DNA of 58,889 bases from Candidatus Dojkabacteria bacterium (GTDB lineage: Bacteria; Patescibacteriota; Dojkabacteria; J137): positions 1 through 58,889 of the forward strand of contig CALDYZ010000039.1 in the NCBI GenBank assembly GCA_937944235.1, in the 5' to 3' direction. The notes beneath the pieces were generated by a model. It was not told where the DNA came from. It searched no databases and saw only the letters and a program-made list of their open reading frames with translations. This document shows positions 16,934-27,146 of this stretch, piece after piece. The translations under genes were made by a program, and so were the position numbers. Each line of letters begins with the position of its first letter. The first letter of the stretch is position 1.

Positions 16934-19900
16934 ATGACAAAAATAAGATTAAAAAAAATAAACAGCTTATCATCAATAGAAGATAGAATAGAGATAGCAA
17001 AAAAAAATTTAGAAAAACATAAAAGCAAAATTTTTAAAAAAAATTACAAAAGAAGTTTGTTAATAAAGTTCAGAAATGTAGCACTTACGATACTTTCGGT
17101 AATAGCGTTATCTGGTATTATTGGAGCTTCTTTATTCTTTAACTATTTAAATGGTTTAACTGACAAGTTGCCTAATCCAAAAACAATTTTTCCTCACATC
17201 CCCATAGCCTCTGAAATTTTTGATAGGAGAGCTATCGAAAATGACGAATCGGGCACTAGGTTGTATAGATTAATAGGTAACCAAAACTCTGACGATTTTA
17301 GTATAGGTGAAATTCCAGACAAGGTCAAACTAGCATTTCTAGCTGCCGAAGATAAAGACTTTTTTATTCATAATGGTTTTAATTTGAGTGCAATTATAAG
17401 ATGTGCTTTTTTAAATCTGGTGCACAAAGAGCAAGGATGTGGAGGAAGTACCATAACTCAACAACTAGTAAAATTAACAACAAAAAAAGCCTCGCCTACA
17501 GTAGAAAGAAAAATTGAAGAATTATTGCTAGCTTTAAAAATAGAACAAACCTATACCAAGAACGAAATATTGGAAATGTATCTTAAAATAGCACCGTTTG
17601 GTTCATCTATATTAGGCTTAAAAACTGCCGCTAATTTTTACTTTGGTCTAGAGCCCAAAGATCTGAACTTGGCCCAAGCGGCAGTATTGGCTGCGATAAT
17701 ACAAAATCCGAACTATTTGTCACCTACTGTACCTATTGATCAAAATATTATGAGATCAAGAAATGATGTTAATGAAAGAAAAAAATATATATTTACTCAA
17801 CTCAAAATAAATTTAAATAAATTTAATGAGGATCTAAGACGTATTAGTAACGATACTGAAATGGATAATGTCTTAGAAGAGCAAGATATTCTAGAAGCAG
17901 AATCATTTGACTGGATTAGCACCTTAAAGCCTCCCATAATTACAGATATAAAGGCAGGTCATTTTGTTAACTTTGTACTTAATCAATTAAGGTCTCGCAA
18001 CTATAAGAATTATACAGAACCATTTACTCTGGAAGAATTACAATCCGAAGGTTATAAAATATACACAACTTTGGATTACGAAATACAAAAAATAGCAGAA
18101 GATAAAGCTTTTGTTGGTGGTACGTCTTTCCCTCATTGGAATGTAAAAAACGCCGCATTAATGACTATAATCCCAAAAACCGGACAAGTGCTTGCATGGG
18201 TAGGTTCAAAAAGCTTCGTAGGTGAAGATGAAGGTTGTGATTCTAGAGGCCTTAACTGTGCTTATAATCCTCAAGTAGACGTTTTACAAAGTCTACAAGA
18301 ACCTGGATCTTCTAATAAGCCTTTGGGATATTATCTAGCATACAAAGAAGGCTTGTTGTATCCAGGTAGTCTTCTTCCAGATGTTCCCATAAAGATAAGA
18401 GACATCAATGGTAATTATTACGAACCTAAAAATTGGAATAATACTTTCAATGGTGTATTTTATACTGCTAAAAGTGCATTAGTACAGTCTAGAAACATCC
18501 CAGCAATTCTTGTCATCAGGATGGTAGGGGTAAACAACTACATTAAAACTTTCAGAGAATTTGGATATACTACAGCAACAGGACAATATGGAGAAGCAGC
18601 TATATTAGGTGGAATTTCAGTGTATCCATGGGAACATGCTCAAGCCTATAGTGTCTTCGCAAATGGAGGAGAATTGACTTACATAGATCCGATATTACTG
18701 ATTAAAGATAGACATGGGAATATAGTTTATGAATCTAAACCTGTGACCAAAAAAGTTGCAGATGAAAGGGCAGTGTATTTATTAAATGACACTATAAGGA
18801 ATTATGATGGATATTCTGATAGAGGAAGAGATATGGCAGGTAAAACTGGCACAACAGAAAATAGTATGGACGCTTGGTATATTGGGTATTCACCAGATTT
18901 TGTCACAGTATGTTGGGCAGGTAACAATAACAACTCTCCTATGGATCAAAATAGAGGTTTTCCTTTCTATGTTGTTCATCCATGGTGCAAAGAGTATTTT
19001 AATGAAATCGGAAACTCACCTTACATGATAAACAAAACACCCTTTCGTAGACCAGCCGGTGTAATTTACGGAGGGAATAAGTGTAATTCTGAAGGAGAAT
19101 GTGTAGGAATTGAGCCCGGCTATATGATAGATGGTCTAAATTTAAAACCCGATAAAAAATTGGTCAAAGTAAGTGTCTGCTCTGACCAACAAAATAAAAA
19201 AGCTAGGCCAATAGATATACTTATGGATTTACATGTTGAAAAAGAATTTCCATATTTCGTAATGCCTGATGAAGCTTTACAACCGCAATTAGATGATTAC
19301 ATGTTAGCAAAGCACAAAGAGAAACCAAATGAATTTTTTCCAAATGGAGGACCAAACGAAGAATGTGATATTAAAAGAAATACCAGTGTAGCGAGTGGTC
19401 CGTTTTTTTTGATTAAAACACCAATTAACAACGTCTCAATTTATGAAAAAACCGTTAGATTATTAGGAGGAATATTTGTTGAAGATTCAAACCTAGTATC
19501 GGCGAAAGTGTATTTAAATGATTCTTTCCTGCCAGGATGCATAATAAGCAATTTTAACAGTTTTGATGTTACATGTGATTTAAGTTCGATTATTTTAGAC
19601 AACGGATTGTATGATTTAAAAATTACAGCAACAGACGCCCTAAATAGAACAAATTCTGTAAATATTAATATTATTTACAACTCAATAACCAGCAATAACT
19701 TTATATTCAATATATTACCACCTACAAATTTGATAATCGGTAACAATTTAGGTAGTGGATGTATCAATCCACCTTGTGCCTATGACATTCAGGTGAGTTA
19801 TACAGGAATGCTTAGTCTTAGTGTAGTTGACTTATTTGTTAATATAAACGGATCCAATGTTAAGATAGGTAACATGAACGTTTCAGGAAGTACTTTCACT

Positions 19901-20041
19901 TATTTAAATTGGGGGGGAGAAATCACAAGTCTGATTAGTGCCACTGAAGATAACTATAAATTTTTCGTAAAAGCAAAAACATCAAGTAACATTCAAATTA
20001 TGTCTAATGATTCCATCAATATAAAAGTTACTTCAATTTGA
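16934..20041 (+). CDS. Class A penicillin-binding protein (transglycosylase/transpeptidase) with C-terminal Ig-like extension
   Basis: TM anchor; glycosyltransferase motifs AAEDKDF..H.G, GGSTITQQL, RKIEE; transpeptidase SxxK (SSNK), SRN, KTG; beta-rich tail (GLYDLKITATDA). Confidence 0.93.
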   Translation: MTKIRLKKINSLSSIEDRIEIAKKNLEKHKSKIFKKNYKRSLLIKFRNVALTILSVIALSGIIGASLFFNYLNGLTDKLPNPKTIFPHIPIASEIFDRRAIENDESGTRLYRLIGNQNSDDFSIGEIPDKVKLAFLAAEDKDFFIHNGFNLSAIIRCAFLNLVHKEQGCGGSTITQQLVKLTTKKASPTVERKIEELLLALKIEQTYTKNEILEMYLKIAPFGSSILGLKTAANFYFGLEPKDLNLAQAAVLAAIIQNPNYLSPTVPIDQNIMRSRNDVNERKKYIFTQLKINLNKFNEDLRRISNDTEMDNVLEEQDILEAESFDWISTLKPPIITDIKAGHFVNFVLNQLRSRNYKNYTEPFTLEELQSEGYKIYTTLDYEIQKIAEDKAFVGGTSFPHWNVKNAALMTIIPKTGQVLAWVGSKSFVGEDEGCDSRGLNCAYNPQVDVLQSLQEPGSSNKPLGYYLAYKEGLLYPGSLLPDVPIKIRDINGNYYEPKNWNNTFNGVFYTAKSALVQSRNIPAILVIRMVGVNNYIKTFREFGYTTATGQYGEAAILGGISVYPWEHAQAYSVFANGGELTYIDPILLIKDRHGNIVYESKPVTKKVADERAVYLLNDTIRNYDGYSDRGRDMAGKTGTTENSMDAWYIGYSPDFVTVCWAGNNNNSPMDQNRGFPFYVVHPWCKEYFNEIGNSPYMINKTPFRRPAGVIYGGNKCNSEGECVGIEPGYMIDGLNLKPDKKLVKVSVCSDQQNKKARPIDILMDLHVEKEFPYFVMPDEALQPQLDDYMLAKHKEKPNEFFPNGGPNEECDIKRNTSVASGPFFLIKTPINNVSIYEKTVRLLGGIFVEDSNLVSAKVYLNDSFLPGCIISNFNSFDVTCDLSSIILDNGLYDLKITATDALNRTNSVNINIIYNSITSNNFIFNILPPTNLIIGNNLGSGCINPPCAYDIQVSYTGMLSLSVVDLFVNINGSNVKIGNMNVSGSTFTYLNWGGEITSLISATEDNYKFFVKAKTSSNIQIMSNDSINIKVTSI

Positions 20042-20672
20042 GTAAAAACTTCTCAACTGAAGATGGTAATATTATTGCGCTGTAGTCAACATCATCTACA
20101 CTGAAATCCTTTTGAACTAATCCAAAACTAAACCTTGAAATCGTCAATTTTAGATTCCATCTGGATATTGATACATTACTCTGAGAGAGCTCCATGTCTC
20201 TAATAATAATTATTTGATCATACTTCTCTAAAGTGTCTATGAAATTAACCAAATTATTTAGACCTCCCTCTAGCACTAATTGAAAAGATGTTTCTCGTAA
20301 AGAAAAAATATCGTGCATATTATTTGTCTGTATACTTGACTCATTAAACTTTTCATTTAAAAACTTAATATCTAGTCTACTAGCAATAGATAGCAGGTTA
20401 TCTCTAAATTTGAGCAATTCACTTTGAGTTTCTTTAGCTGATATATCTATAGCCTTATTGATCGCATTATATTTACTGAAATTAATAGAATCTGCTTTTA
20501 TGGAACCTATATTTCTTTTTATATAACTAACTGATTCATTTAAAACTATTAACTCATTATATTTATCAAAAATGCTTATAACTTTAGGTATTATAAACAC
20601 AAAAAAAATAAAGCTGGCCAAAAAAATAATGAGTAAAGTCTGTAAAGATGGTATTACACTAATTTTCATCAT
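20028..20672 (-). CDS. pilO: PilO-like type IV pilus alignment protein
   Basis: N-terminal TM and coiled coil; LEGGLNNLVNFIDTLEK..IIIRDMEL; follows pilM-pilN. Confidence 0.75.
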   Translation of the reverse strand: MMKISVIPSLQTLLIIFLASFIFFVFIIPKVISIFDKYNELIVLNESVSYIKRNIGSIKADSINFSKYNAINKAIDISAKETQSELLKFRDNLLSIASRLDIKFLNEKFNESSIQTNNMHDIFSLRETSFQLVLEGGLNNLVNFIDTLEKYDQIIIIRDMELSQSNVSISRWNLKLTISRFSFGLVQKDFSVDDVDYSAIILPSSVEKFLLKLK

Positions 20673-21213
20673 TAAGAAATATCCTTAACACTATAGAATA
20701 TTTATTCTCTTTGTCATTGAAAGTGACATTCCTCACAAAAACATCTTTAACATCTTTATCTGATAATAATATTTTTTTAATTTGATTAATATCAATGTTG
20801 TTAACAAACATTATTACCCCTAGACTACCATCTGATTCGCGAGAATATGATGATATTTGAATATCACCAACATAGTTATCCACCAAACGATTAGCTTTTT
20901 TTATCAGTTTAGTTAAATTTATATCAAAATCTACAAAAGGATTTAAAACATCCATTTTTGTCTTTAAATTTTTTTTCAATATTATCATGTCTTTTTGTGA
21001 ATTTATTTCATTCTTTAAATTTTTAATCTCATTCTTAACAATATCTAACCTGCTATTTAACACAAAAATCTCCAAATAAGTTAAAATTACGGCTATCACG
21101 GCAAAAATCAATAATAATAAAATTCCTTGTAAAAGAGAGAAAAATTTAACATTTTTAACTCTTTCTTGATCTATAAAGGTCTTGTGTAATAAATTAAAAT
21201 GAAATCTTTCCAT
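20659..21213 (-). CDS. pilN: PilN-like protein
   Basis: FNLL N-terminal PilM-binding motif, TM, coiled coil; between pilM and pilO; ATG 21213 preferred as start. Confidence 0.7.
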   Translation of the reverse strand: MERFHFNLLHKTFIDQERVKNVKFFSLLQGILLLLIFAVIAVILTYLEIFVLNSRLDIVKNEIKNLKNEINSQKDMIILKKNLKTKMDVLNPFVDFDINLTKLIKKANRLVDNYVGDIQISSYSRESDGSLGVIMFVNNIDINQIKKILLSDKDVKDVFVRNVTFNDKENKYSIVLRIFLNDEN

Positions 21214-21223
21214 AAGTAGTTGT

Positions 21224-22252
21224 TTATCTTTGCTTAATACTTGCACCTATGGCAGATGCAAATTTAAATATATTGACTCTTGAAAGTATTTCTTTCTGAA
21301 TTATCGGTTTTATCTTAATATTTTTTGTTGGATCACCTCTAACTATTAATAAGTTTGTTGTTTGAGACAAATAAGTATCTAAACCTTTTAGCATAGCTCC
21401 TCCTCCTAGTAAAAAACCTATTTTTAGGTAACTTAATTGACCAAATTTGTCTTTATGATATGCTATAAGTTTCATAATCTCAGCTAATATTATATCCACA
21501 ACAGGTTTTATTGAACTCGCAATTTTACCTTCATATAACGAGAAATCAAAGCCATTGTTGATTTTTAATATTTCAGCTTGTTCAACTTCAATGCCAAAGT
21601 CAGCAGATATTAGTTTAGTCATAGATCTACTACCAACTGCAATCATCTGTGAATATATCACTCCCATGCTTGTGTTTAAACTTATATTTGTAGAGTTGCC
21701 ACCTATATCTATTGATAAAAAACATTCATTATTTAAGGGTTTCATATTAAACATCAAAACTCGGTGATTAGATATCGATTCTGTCTCTATGGCTAGCAAA
21801 TTTAAACCTAAACTTTTAAAATAATTCAAATATTTTAATGCGAGATCTTTATCTATTGACGCAACATAATAAGATATTTTTTTAGCTGATTGATTATCAA
21901 AAACAGGAATATACGTAATATTTTGAGACTCTATATCAACAGGTATTAGAGACTTATATGAATAGTATATCGCATCTTCAATTTCTTTATCTGATAGATA
22001 AGGTAAAGTAACAACCCTAGTTAACACTTTATCCTCAGGTATACTTAAAACAACACTCTTTGAACTGAGATTTAACTTATTGATATTTGTTACAAAATAT
22101 TTTGGATCACAATTAAATAAATCATCTATAACATGTCCATCCCTAAACAGCGAAAACGATCCCAACGACTCAAGTTCATAATGTTCTTGTGAACTTGTAA
22201 CAGCTGCTACTTTGACTTGAGAACTAGATATATTTACCCCAAAAAATTTCAT
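21224..22252 (-). CDS. pilM: Type IV pilus assembly protein PilM
   Basis: Actin-like fold motifs GVNISSSQVKV, IDIGGNST, EQAEILK, LLGGGAMLKGL. Confidence 0.92.
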   Translation of the reverse strand: MKFFGVNISSSQVKVAAVTSSQEHYELESLGSFSLFRDGHVIDDLFNCDPKYFVTNINKLNLSSKSVVLSIPEDKVLTRVVTLPYLSDKEIEDAIYYSYKSLIPVDIESQNITYIPVFDNQSAKKISYYVASIDKDLALKYLNYFKSLGLNLLAIETESISNHRVLMFNMKPLNNECFLSIDIGGNSTNISLNTSMGVIYSQMIAVGSRSMTKLISADFGIEVEQAEILKINNGFDFSLYEGKIASSIKPVVDIILAEIMKLIAYHKDKFGQLSYLKIGFLLGGGAMLKGLDTYLSQTTNLLIVRGDPTKNIKIKPIIQKEILSRVNIFKFASAIGASIKQR

Positions 22253-22274
22253 ATATTCAATTTACAATAATCGT

Positions 22275-23171
22275 TTATATACCACCTTCCAAGAAAATAT
22301 TATAAAAGAAAATATTTTCAAATTGATAATTTAACGGCATTTGAGTAGATAAAGTTATAACAGGCGTATCTATATTATTATCTATAAATTGCAATTTGAC
22401 TTTTATATCTCTTATTTGGTAGGGTAACATGGCATTATTTTCAGCAAATAAATTGAATCTAGCTGTGCGCACATTATCAATATTTGATCTAGGTATTACA
22501 AGTAGAAACTTTGGTGATACCTGATCAATATTGAATCCATTCTGCATAAATAAGTCAGTGACATTTAACTTGAAAGTTTTTAGTGCGTTATTTCGAGGAG
22601 AGTCAAAAATATCGAAAAACTCTAAATTATTAACAGATAACACATGATTATTGTCATCGAACAAAGTAGATAATCTATTTTTGGTTCTATTTATAAAATC
22701 ATCAAATATTATTGAGAATTCAATAGCAATATCAGAATAAAGATCCATGATAAAATCACTTTTATAACCATTTAAATACATAATATAAGACTCATCTCTT
22801 TGTAATGAAAACAAGTTCAGAGATTTTGTATCTTCTATTTCAGTAAATATTTTTGCTGATTTATTTTTTACAGACACCTCGGTTTCACATAAATATTTTC
22901 TTTTGTCGATTAAACTCAAACAAAAACCATCATTTTCTAGTGAGGACAAATCAATACTGTTTCTCAATCTATCTACATAATTTCTGAGAGCTCCTTCTGC
23001 ATAAATCATACCTTGATTGTATAAAGCATTATAAACAATAGTTTTTCCTGAATTTGAAACTATAAACATAACATAGAATATTAAAGTAGACAAAAAAGAG
23101 ATGACTAAAATCGTAATCACAAGAGCTTGGGCATTCGCTTGTTGTAACAACATAATTCTAAATTTGTTCAT
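22275..23171 (-). CDS. PilX-like minor pilin
   Basis: A|QALVITILVI hydrophobic N-terminal helix without E5; YAEGAL motif; last of the minor pilin run. Confidence 0.6.
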   Translation of the reverse strand: MNKFRIMLLQQANAQALVITILVISFLSTLIFYVMFIVSNSGKTIVYNALYNQGMIYAEGALRNYVDRLRNSIDLSSLENDGFCLSLIDKRKYLCETEVSVKNKSAKIFTEIEDTKSLNLFSLQRDESYIMYLNGYKSDFIMDLYSDIAIEFSIIFDDFINRTKNRLSTLFDDNNHVLSVNNLEFFDIFDSPRNNALKTFKLNVTDLFMQNGFNIDQVSPKFLLVIPRSNIDNVRTARFNLFAENNAMLPYQIRDIKVKLQFIDNNIDTPVITLSTQMPLNYQFENIFFYNIFLEGGI

Positions 23172-23176
23172 ATTAT

Positions 23177-23710
23177 CTAAAATATTCTCTCTAAAATTAC
23201 AATTTGAGCCCAAGATTGATTCATATCAAGACCTATTGAATCAAAAAAATTTTTCTTTGAAGGTTCGTATAGTATGGTGATATACAAATAGTACCCCCCA
23301 TTAAGAACATACCTCTTATAAAAATTTAACTCAAAAACATTTATATTAGCACCCAGTTTATTCACTAAGTAGTTTTGTCCATCTTTAATCTCAAATTTAC
23401 AAATTTTTTGATCACATAGCTTCCATTCGTACAAGTTATTATCTTTAAAAAATGAACAGGTACCGCTAATATTGCAATTAGATAACACATCAGCGTTTTT
23501 AAAATCATAATCTAACACGGAATTTATCACAGATATCTCATTTTCTATGAAATTAATATCAACAATAGCTTTTGTTATTTTTATTGATTGTATTACTATA
23601 TTAAACAACATAACTAATAACATAGCTATTATGCTTATACTTATAATTACCTCCACAAATGAATATGCTTCTTTAAGAGTAAAAAAAACCTTTATTTTTA
23701 TTTTAGTCAT
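23177..23710 (-). CDS. Minor prepilin (PilW-like)
   Basis: Class III signal KEA|YSFVEVIISISII. Confidence 0.8.
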   Translation of the reverse strand: MTKIKIKVFFTLKEAYSFVEVIISISIIAMLLVMLFNIVIQSIKITKAIVDINFIENEISVINSVLDYDFKNADVLSNCNISGTCSFFKDNNLYEWKLCDQKICKFEIKDGQNYLVNKLGANINVFELNFYKRYVLNGGYYLYITILYEPSKKNFFDSIGLDMNQSWAQIVILERIF

Positions 23711-24234
23711 ATTCGTAAATAATATATAACACTTTGAGCTTCTTCAATTTTCATATTGTGTTTCATACTATAAATTTTTAGTACAAAATTATTATTGAGC
23801 TCATCTTTACTTATGAATTCTATTAAAACACAAGCTAGAGAGAACACATATTTACTTTTCTCACAAACGTATTGCGAACCCTCTGTTGTAATACGATTCA
23901 AGTAGACCTTATTGCTTGTATCGAAGTCTTCTGAATCTGCAAAGACCTCAAAAAAAATATTTAACTGATTATTAACGGGAATATCGCTAATTGTAAAATT
24001 ATCAATAAATTGAAAATTTTTTGCTGTTAAAATATCCAACATAGATATAATAACCCTATTGCTTTGAGATATCATTTCATATTTTTTCAATTCCAGGATA
24101 CCTTGATTTAATATGTTGACACCTCCTAGTATCGTGATTGATAACACAAGCATGATCATTAGAGCTTCTATTAGTGAGCTGGCCCGTAGGTTGTGCCCGA
24201 AGTGCCTAGATGTAAAATTAATAAAGTTTTTCAT
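23707..24234 (-). CDS. Minor prepilin (PilV-like)
   Basis: Class III signal LRA|SSLIEALMIMLVL. Confidence 0.7.
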   Translation of the reverse strand: MKNFINFTSRHFGHNLRASSLIEALMIMLVLSITILGGVNILNQGILELKKYEMISQSNRVIISMLDILTAKNFQFIDNFTISDIPVNNQLNIFFEVFADSEDFDTSNKVYLNRITTEGSQYVCEKSKYVFSLACVLIEFISKDELNNNFVLKIYSMKHNMKIEEAQSVIYYLRI

Positions 24235-24742
24235 AGGTTATTTCAGATGTTAATAGATTAATCTTAATAATACCTAAAACAAGTTTATTTACAGAATTCT
24301 TCATTTGAATATCACAGTAACCCTGATTCATTATATTCCCGTACATATATGCGCTAGCACCTAACAACCTAAAATTCTGAATTTGATAGCCCACACCCTT
24401 ACATTGATTTGATACGAAATTATAATCAACATTATTAAAAAAAACATTTACATTATTTTCATTACAAGATAATTGTCCACTTGAAATCAAGCATGAGGTG
24501 ATGGCTAATTTATTATCTCTTGTAAATATAAACCACGCTGAAGCACTTTGATTATTTTGTGATACGTTATACAAAGAATATGATCTTATGTCATACAATT
24601 TTTGTAAAAAAAAATCTACAGCCATACTGTATTCAATGGATGATTTTAAGTTATTTAAGCCATTAAAAGTAAACAAACCCACACTAGCAATTATGCCTAA
24701 AATTACTATTAATTCTATAATAGAGAAAGCTAGTTTATTCAT
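24218..24742 (-). CDS. Minor prepilin (FimT/FimU-like)
   Basis: Class III signal KLA|FSIIELIVILGII; four Cys. Confidence 0.8.
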   Translation of the reverse strand: MNKLAFSIIELIVILGIIASVGLFTFNGLNNLKSSIEYSMAVDFFLQKLYDIRSYSLYNVSQNNQSASAWFIFTRDNKLAITSCLISSGQLSCNENNVNVFFNNVDYNFVSNQCKGVGYQIQNFRLLGASAYMYGNIMNQGYCDIQMKNSVNKLVLGIIKINLLTSEITYEKLY

Positions 24743-25428
24743 GGATAAGCTACCAATAAAAATTCTTTGCCTAATATTAAGTATACAAGCACACCAGTAT
24801 AAATCACTGGTACAAACGGTACTGCTGTTTTAAGATTTAAATTTCTTTGTAAAAAAATTTTATAAATCAATATGAACAACAAACATATCGCAGTTCCATA
24901 TATAATAATACTTAATATTCCAATTAAACCAAATATTGAGGATAAAATACCAACTAAATCTGCATCTCCTTCACCTATTCCTTTTTTATCGGTAATAAAA
25001 ATCAAGAATCTAACTAAAAAGTACATTACAAATCCAGTTACAGCATTCTCTAAAACATTTGTAGAAAATACGTTTGATGAACTAATCAAATTAAAATAAA
25101 TCAAAATGTTTATAAGCGCTGATGTCAAAGATAATATTAAAACTACTGTAGTCGGTATTTTCATTAAATAGACGTCTATATTGCTTAAAAAAAGTAGCAA
25201 ATTAATGACCAAAATAACTAAATTTAGTTCTAAATCAAACTCTACATATTTTAAAAATAAAGACAAAATTACATATATAGTAAAAAAAAACAATGCAGCC
25301 GACAAAGCAAATTTATTTATAGATCTAAAATACTCATCAAAATTGCTCTTTAGTGATATCTTAACGAAAACAAAACTTATCAGATAGACTATCGATAAGA
25401 ATATTAAAGGAGGAAAAAAATGTATCAT
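24739..25428 (-). CDS. pilD: Prepilin peptidase A24 (no N-terminal Zn/methylase domain)
   Basis: SNIDVYLMKIP (Asp1), GIGEGDADL (Asp2), VPFVP; multiple TM segments. Confidence 0.88.
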   Translation of the reverse strand: MIHFFPPLIFLSIVYLISFVFVKISLKSNFDEYFRSINKFALSAALFFFTIYVILSLFLKYVEFDLELNLVILVINLLLFLSNIDVYLMKIPTTVVLILSLTSALINILIYFNLISSSNVFSTNVLENAVTGFVMYFLVRFLIFITDKKGIGEGDADLVGILSSIFGLIGILSIIIYGTAICLLFILIYKIFLQRNLNLKTAVPFVPVIYTGVLVYLILGKEFLLVAYP

Positions 25429-25431
25429 TAC

Positions 25432-25890
25432 CTATAAGCCTGAGTCCGAACAAGTACTCAAACTACCGGGCACTTTACTGTTAGTAAAATATTTCCAAGA
25501 GCCGTCTTCCAACTGTACACCCACCCAATACTCTGCACCAGTAGATGAATAACAATAGTTGGTGAAAGAGCCATTAGTATTACCCAACGGAGAAGACGGA
25601 TTCTGACGTTTCAGGGGAGGTAATAATTTAATTACCACATCACTTCTGAAAACTATCTGATCTTCTCCCCCTGAACCTGTTACATATGTCAAATTCAACG
25701 GGTAAACACCTGTACTAACGTATATCGCAGTCAATGATTTATTTATATTATTTAATAGATCAACTCTTTGAGTATTTCTAGTTGTTTGCTGCACTATATT
25801 TATACCAACTAAAGACATACCCATCAGAATGGATATTACACCCATACCAACCAATAACTCAATTAATGTAAATGCACCTTTGTACCTCAT
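25432..25890 (-). CDS. Type IV pilin / pseudopilin
   Basis: MRYKGA|FTLIELLVGMGVISIL..RNTQR..GVYP..QLE; C-terminal Cys pair. Confidence 0.88.
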   Translation of the reverse strand: MRYKGAFTLIELLVGMGVISILMGMSLVGINIVQQTTRNTQRVDLLNNINKSLTAIYVSTGVYPLNLTYVTGSGGEDQIVFRSDVVIKLLPPLKRQNPSSPLGNTNGSFTNYCYSSTGAEYWVGVQLEDGSWKYFTNSKVPGSLSTCSDSGL

Positions 25891-25909
25891 AAAAAAAATT
25901 AAAAATTAA

Positions 25910-27145
25910 CTAAAAACCAATCAAGTTACCAGCTTGATATATCGGCAAGTAAACAGCTAAAGCCATAAAAGCAACTAGTAATCCAACCACTATCAGCATA
26001 AAAGGTTCTATACTTTTTGTCAAGTTTTCTCCCATTTGACTCACTTCGGTCATAAAATAAGTATACATATCATTCAACACTGATACCAAACTACCTGACT
26101 CCTCCGCTGACGCTAAAACTGCAACTAATAACTGCGGATAAGCAGTTTTCTCATCATTATTTTCAGTTAATGCCACAGATAGAGCCTTACCATTTGTAAC
26201 AGCATTTTTAGTTCTTACTATTATATCTGAAAAGTATTTATTTGATAGTGAATTAGCAGTTATATCTAAAGCGTCTATAATACTTAAACCGCTCTCTAAT
26301 AACATTGATAATATTCTCATACTATTTGCTATGCTATATCCTTTTAACAATGAGCCAAATATAGGCATTCGCAAAATCATTCTATCTAATCTGATCCTTC
26401 CGTATAAAGTTGAATAATAGTATCTAATTGCTAAAATCAGAAAAATCACAACCAAAAATAAAACAACCAAATTAAGTGGATTAAGAAAAAAATTAGCAAC
26501 TGTTATCAAAATAGAAGTTGGTATGGGTAAGTCATCAACACCAAAACTTGAGTAGAGTAACTTAACCTGAGGCACCATAAAAAAAATCATAATAAATACA
26601 ACAACAAATATAACAACGAGGATGATACTTGGATATATCAAAGCACTCTTTATTCTTGATCGTAATTCTCTGTTTTTAAGATTGTCATCTTTAATCTTTC
26701 GTAAAATTTCGACCAAATTTCCGCTTTTTTCTCCAGCTCTTATCAAACTAACTTCCACATTATTTAATATACCTGACTCAATGGTAAATGCTTCAGACAA
26801 ATTTTTACCTGATAAAATTAGATTATATATTCTTCTTAATTTTTCACCAAGAGACGCTTTCCATTTTTGATTAATTAATATCTCAAAAACTGTATTTATA
26901 TTTATACCTGACGACATCATTGTGTAAACTTGTGTCAAAATGACAATTTTATCTTTAAAAGATATACCTGTGAGTTCTTTATTCAGTAAATTTTTAAAAT
27001 TATTTCTAATATCCTCTTGGATGGACAAGATAACTAAATTTTGTTTTTTTAATGATTCTTCCACTTCAAAAATATTTGAAGCACTAACAGTTCCATTAAC
27101 CCTTTCAGCATCTTGATTTATAGCCAAATATCTGTACTTTCCCAT
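25910..27145 (-). CDS. pilC: Type IV pilus platform protein PilC (GspF family)
   Basis: AGEKSGNL, ALIYP, LPIPT, EESGSL, IEPFML..YLPIY; ATG 27145 preferred as start. Confidence 0.95.
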   Translation of the reverse strand: MGKYRYLAINQDAERVNGTVSASNIFEVEESLKKQNLVILSIQEDIRNNFKNLLNKELTGISFKDKIVILTQVYTMMSSGININTVFEILINQKWKASLGEKLRRIYNLILSGKNLSEAFTIESGILNNVEVSLIRAGEKSGNLVEILRKIKDDNLKNRELRSRIKSALIYPSIILVVIFVVVFIMIFFMVPQVKLLYSSFGVDDLPIPTSILITVANFFLNPLNLVVLFLVVIFLILAIRYYYSTLYGRIRLDRMILRMPIFGSLLKGYSIANSMRILSMLLESGLSIIDALDITANSLSNKYFSDIIVRTKNAVTNGKALSVALTENNDEKTAYPQLLVAVLASAEESGSLVSVLNDMYTYFMTEVSQMGENLTKSIEPFMLIVVGLLVAFMALAVYLPIYQAGNLIGF

Positions 27146-27146
27146 A

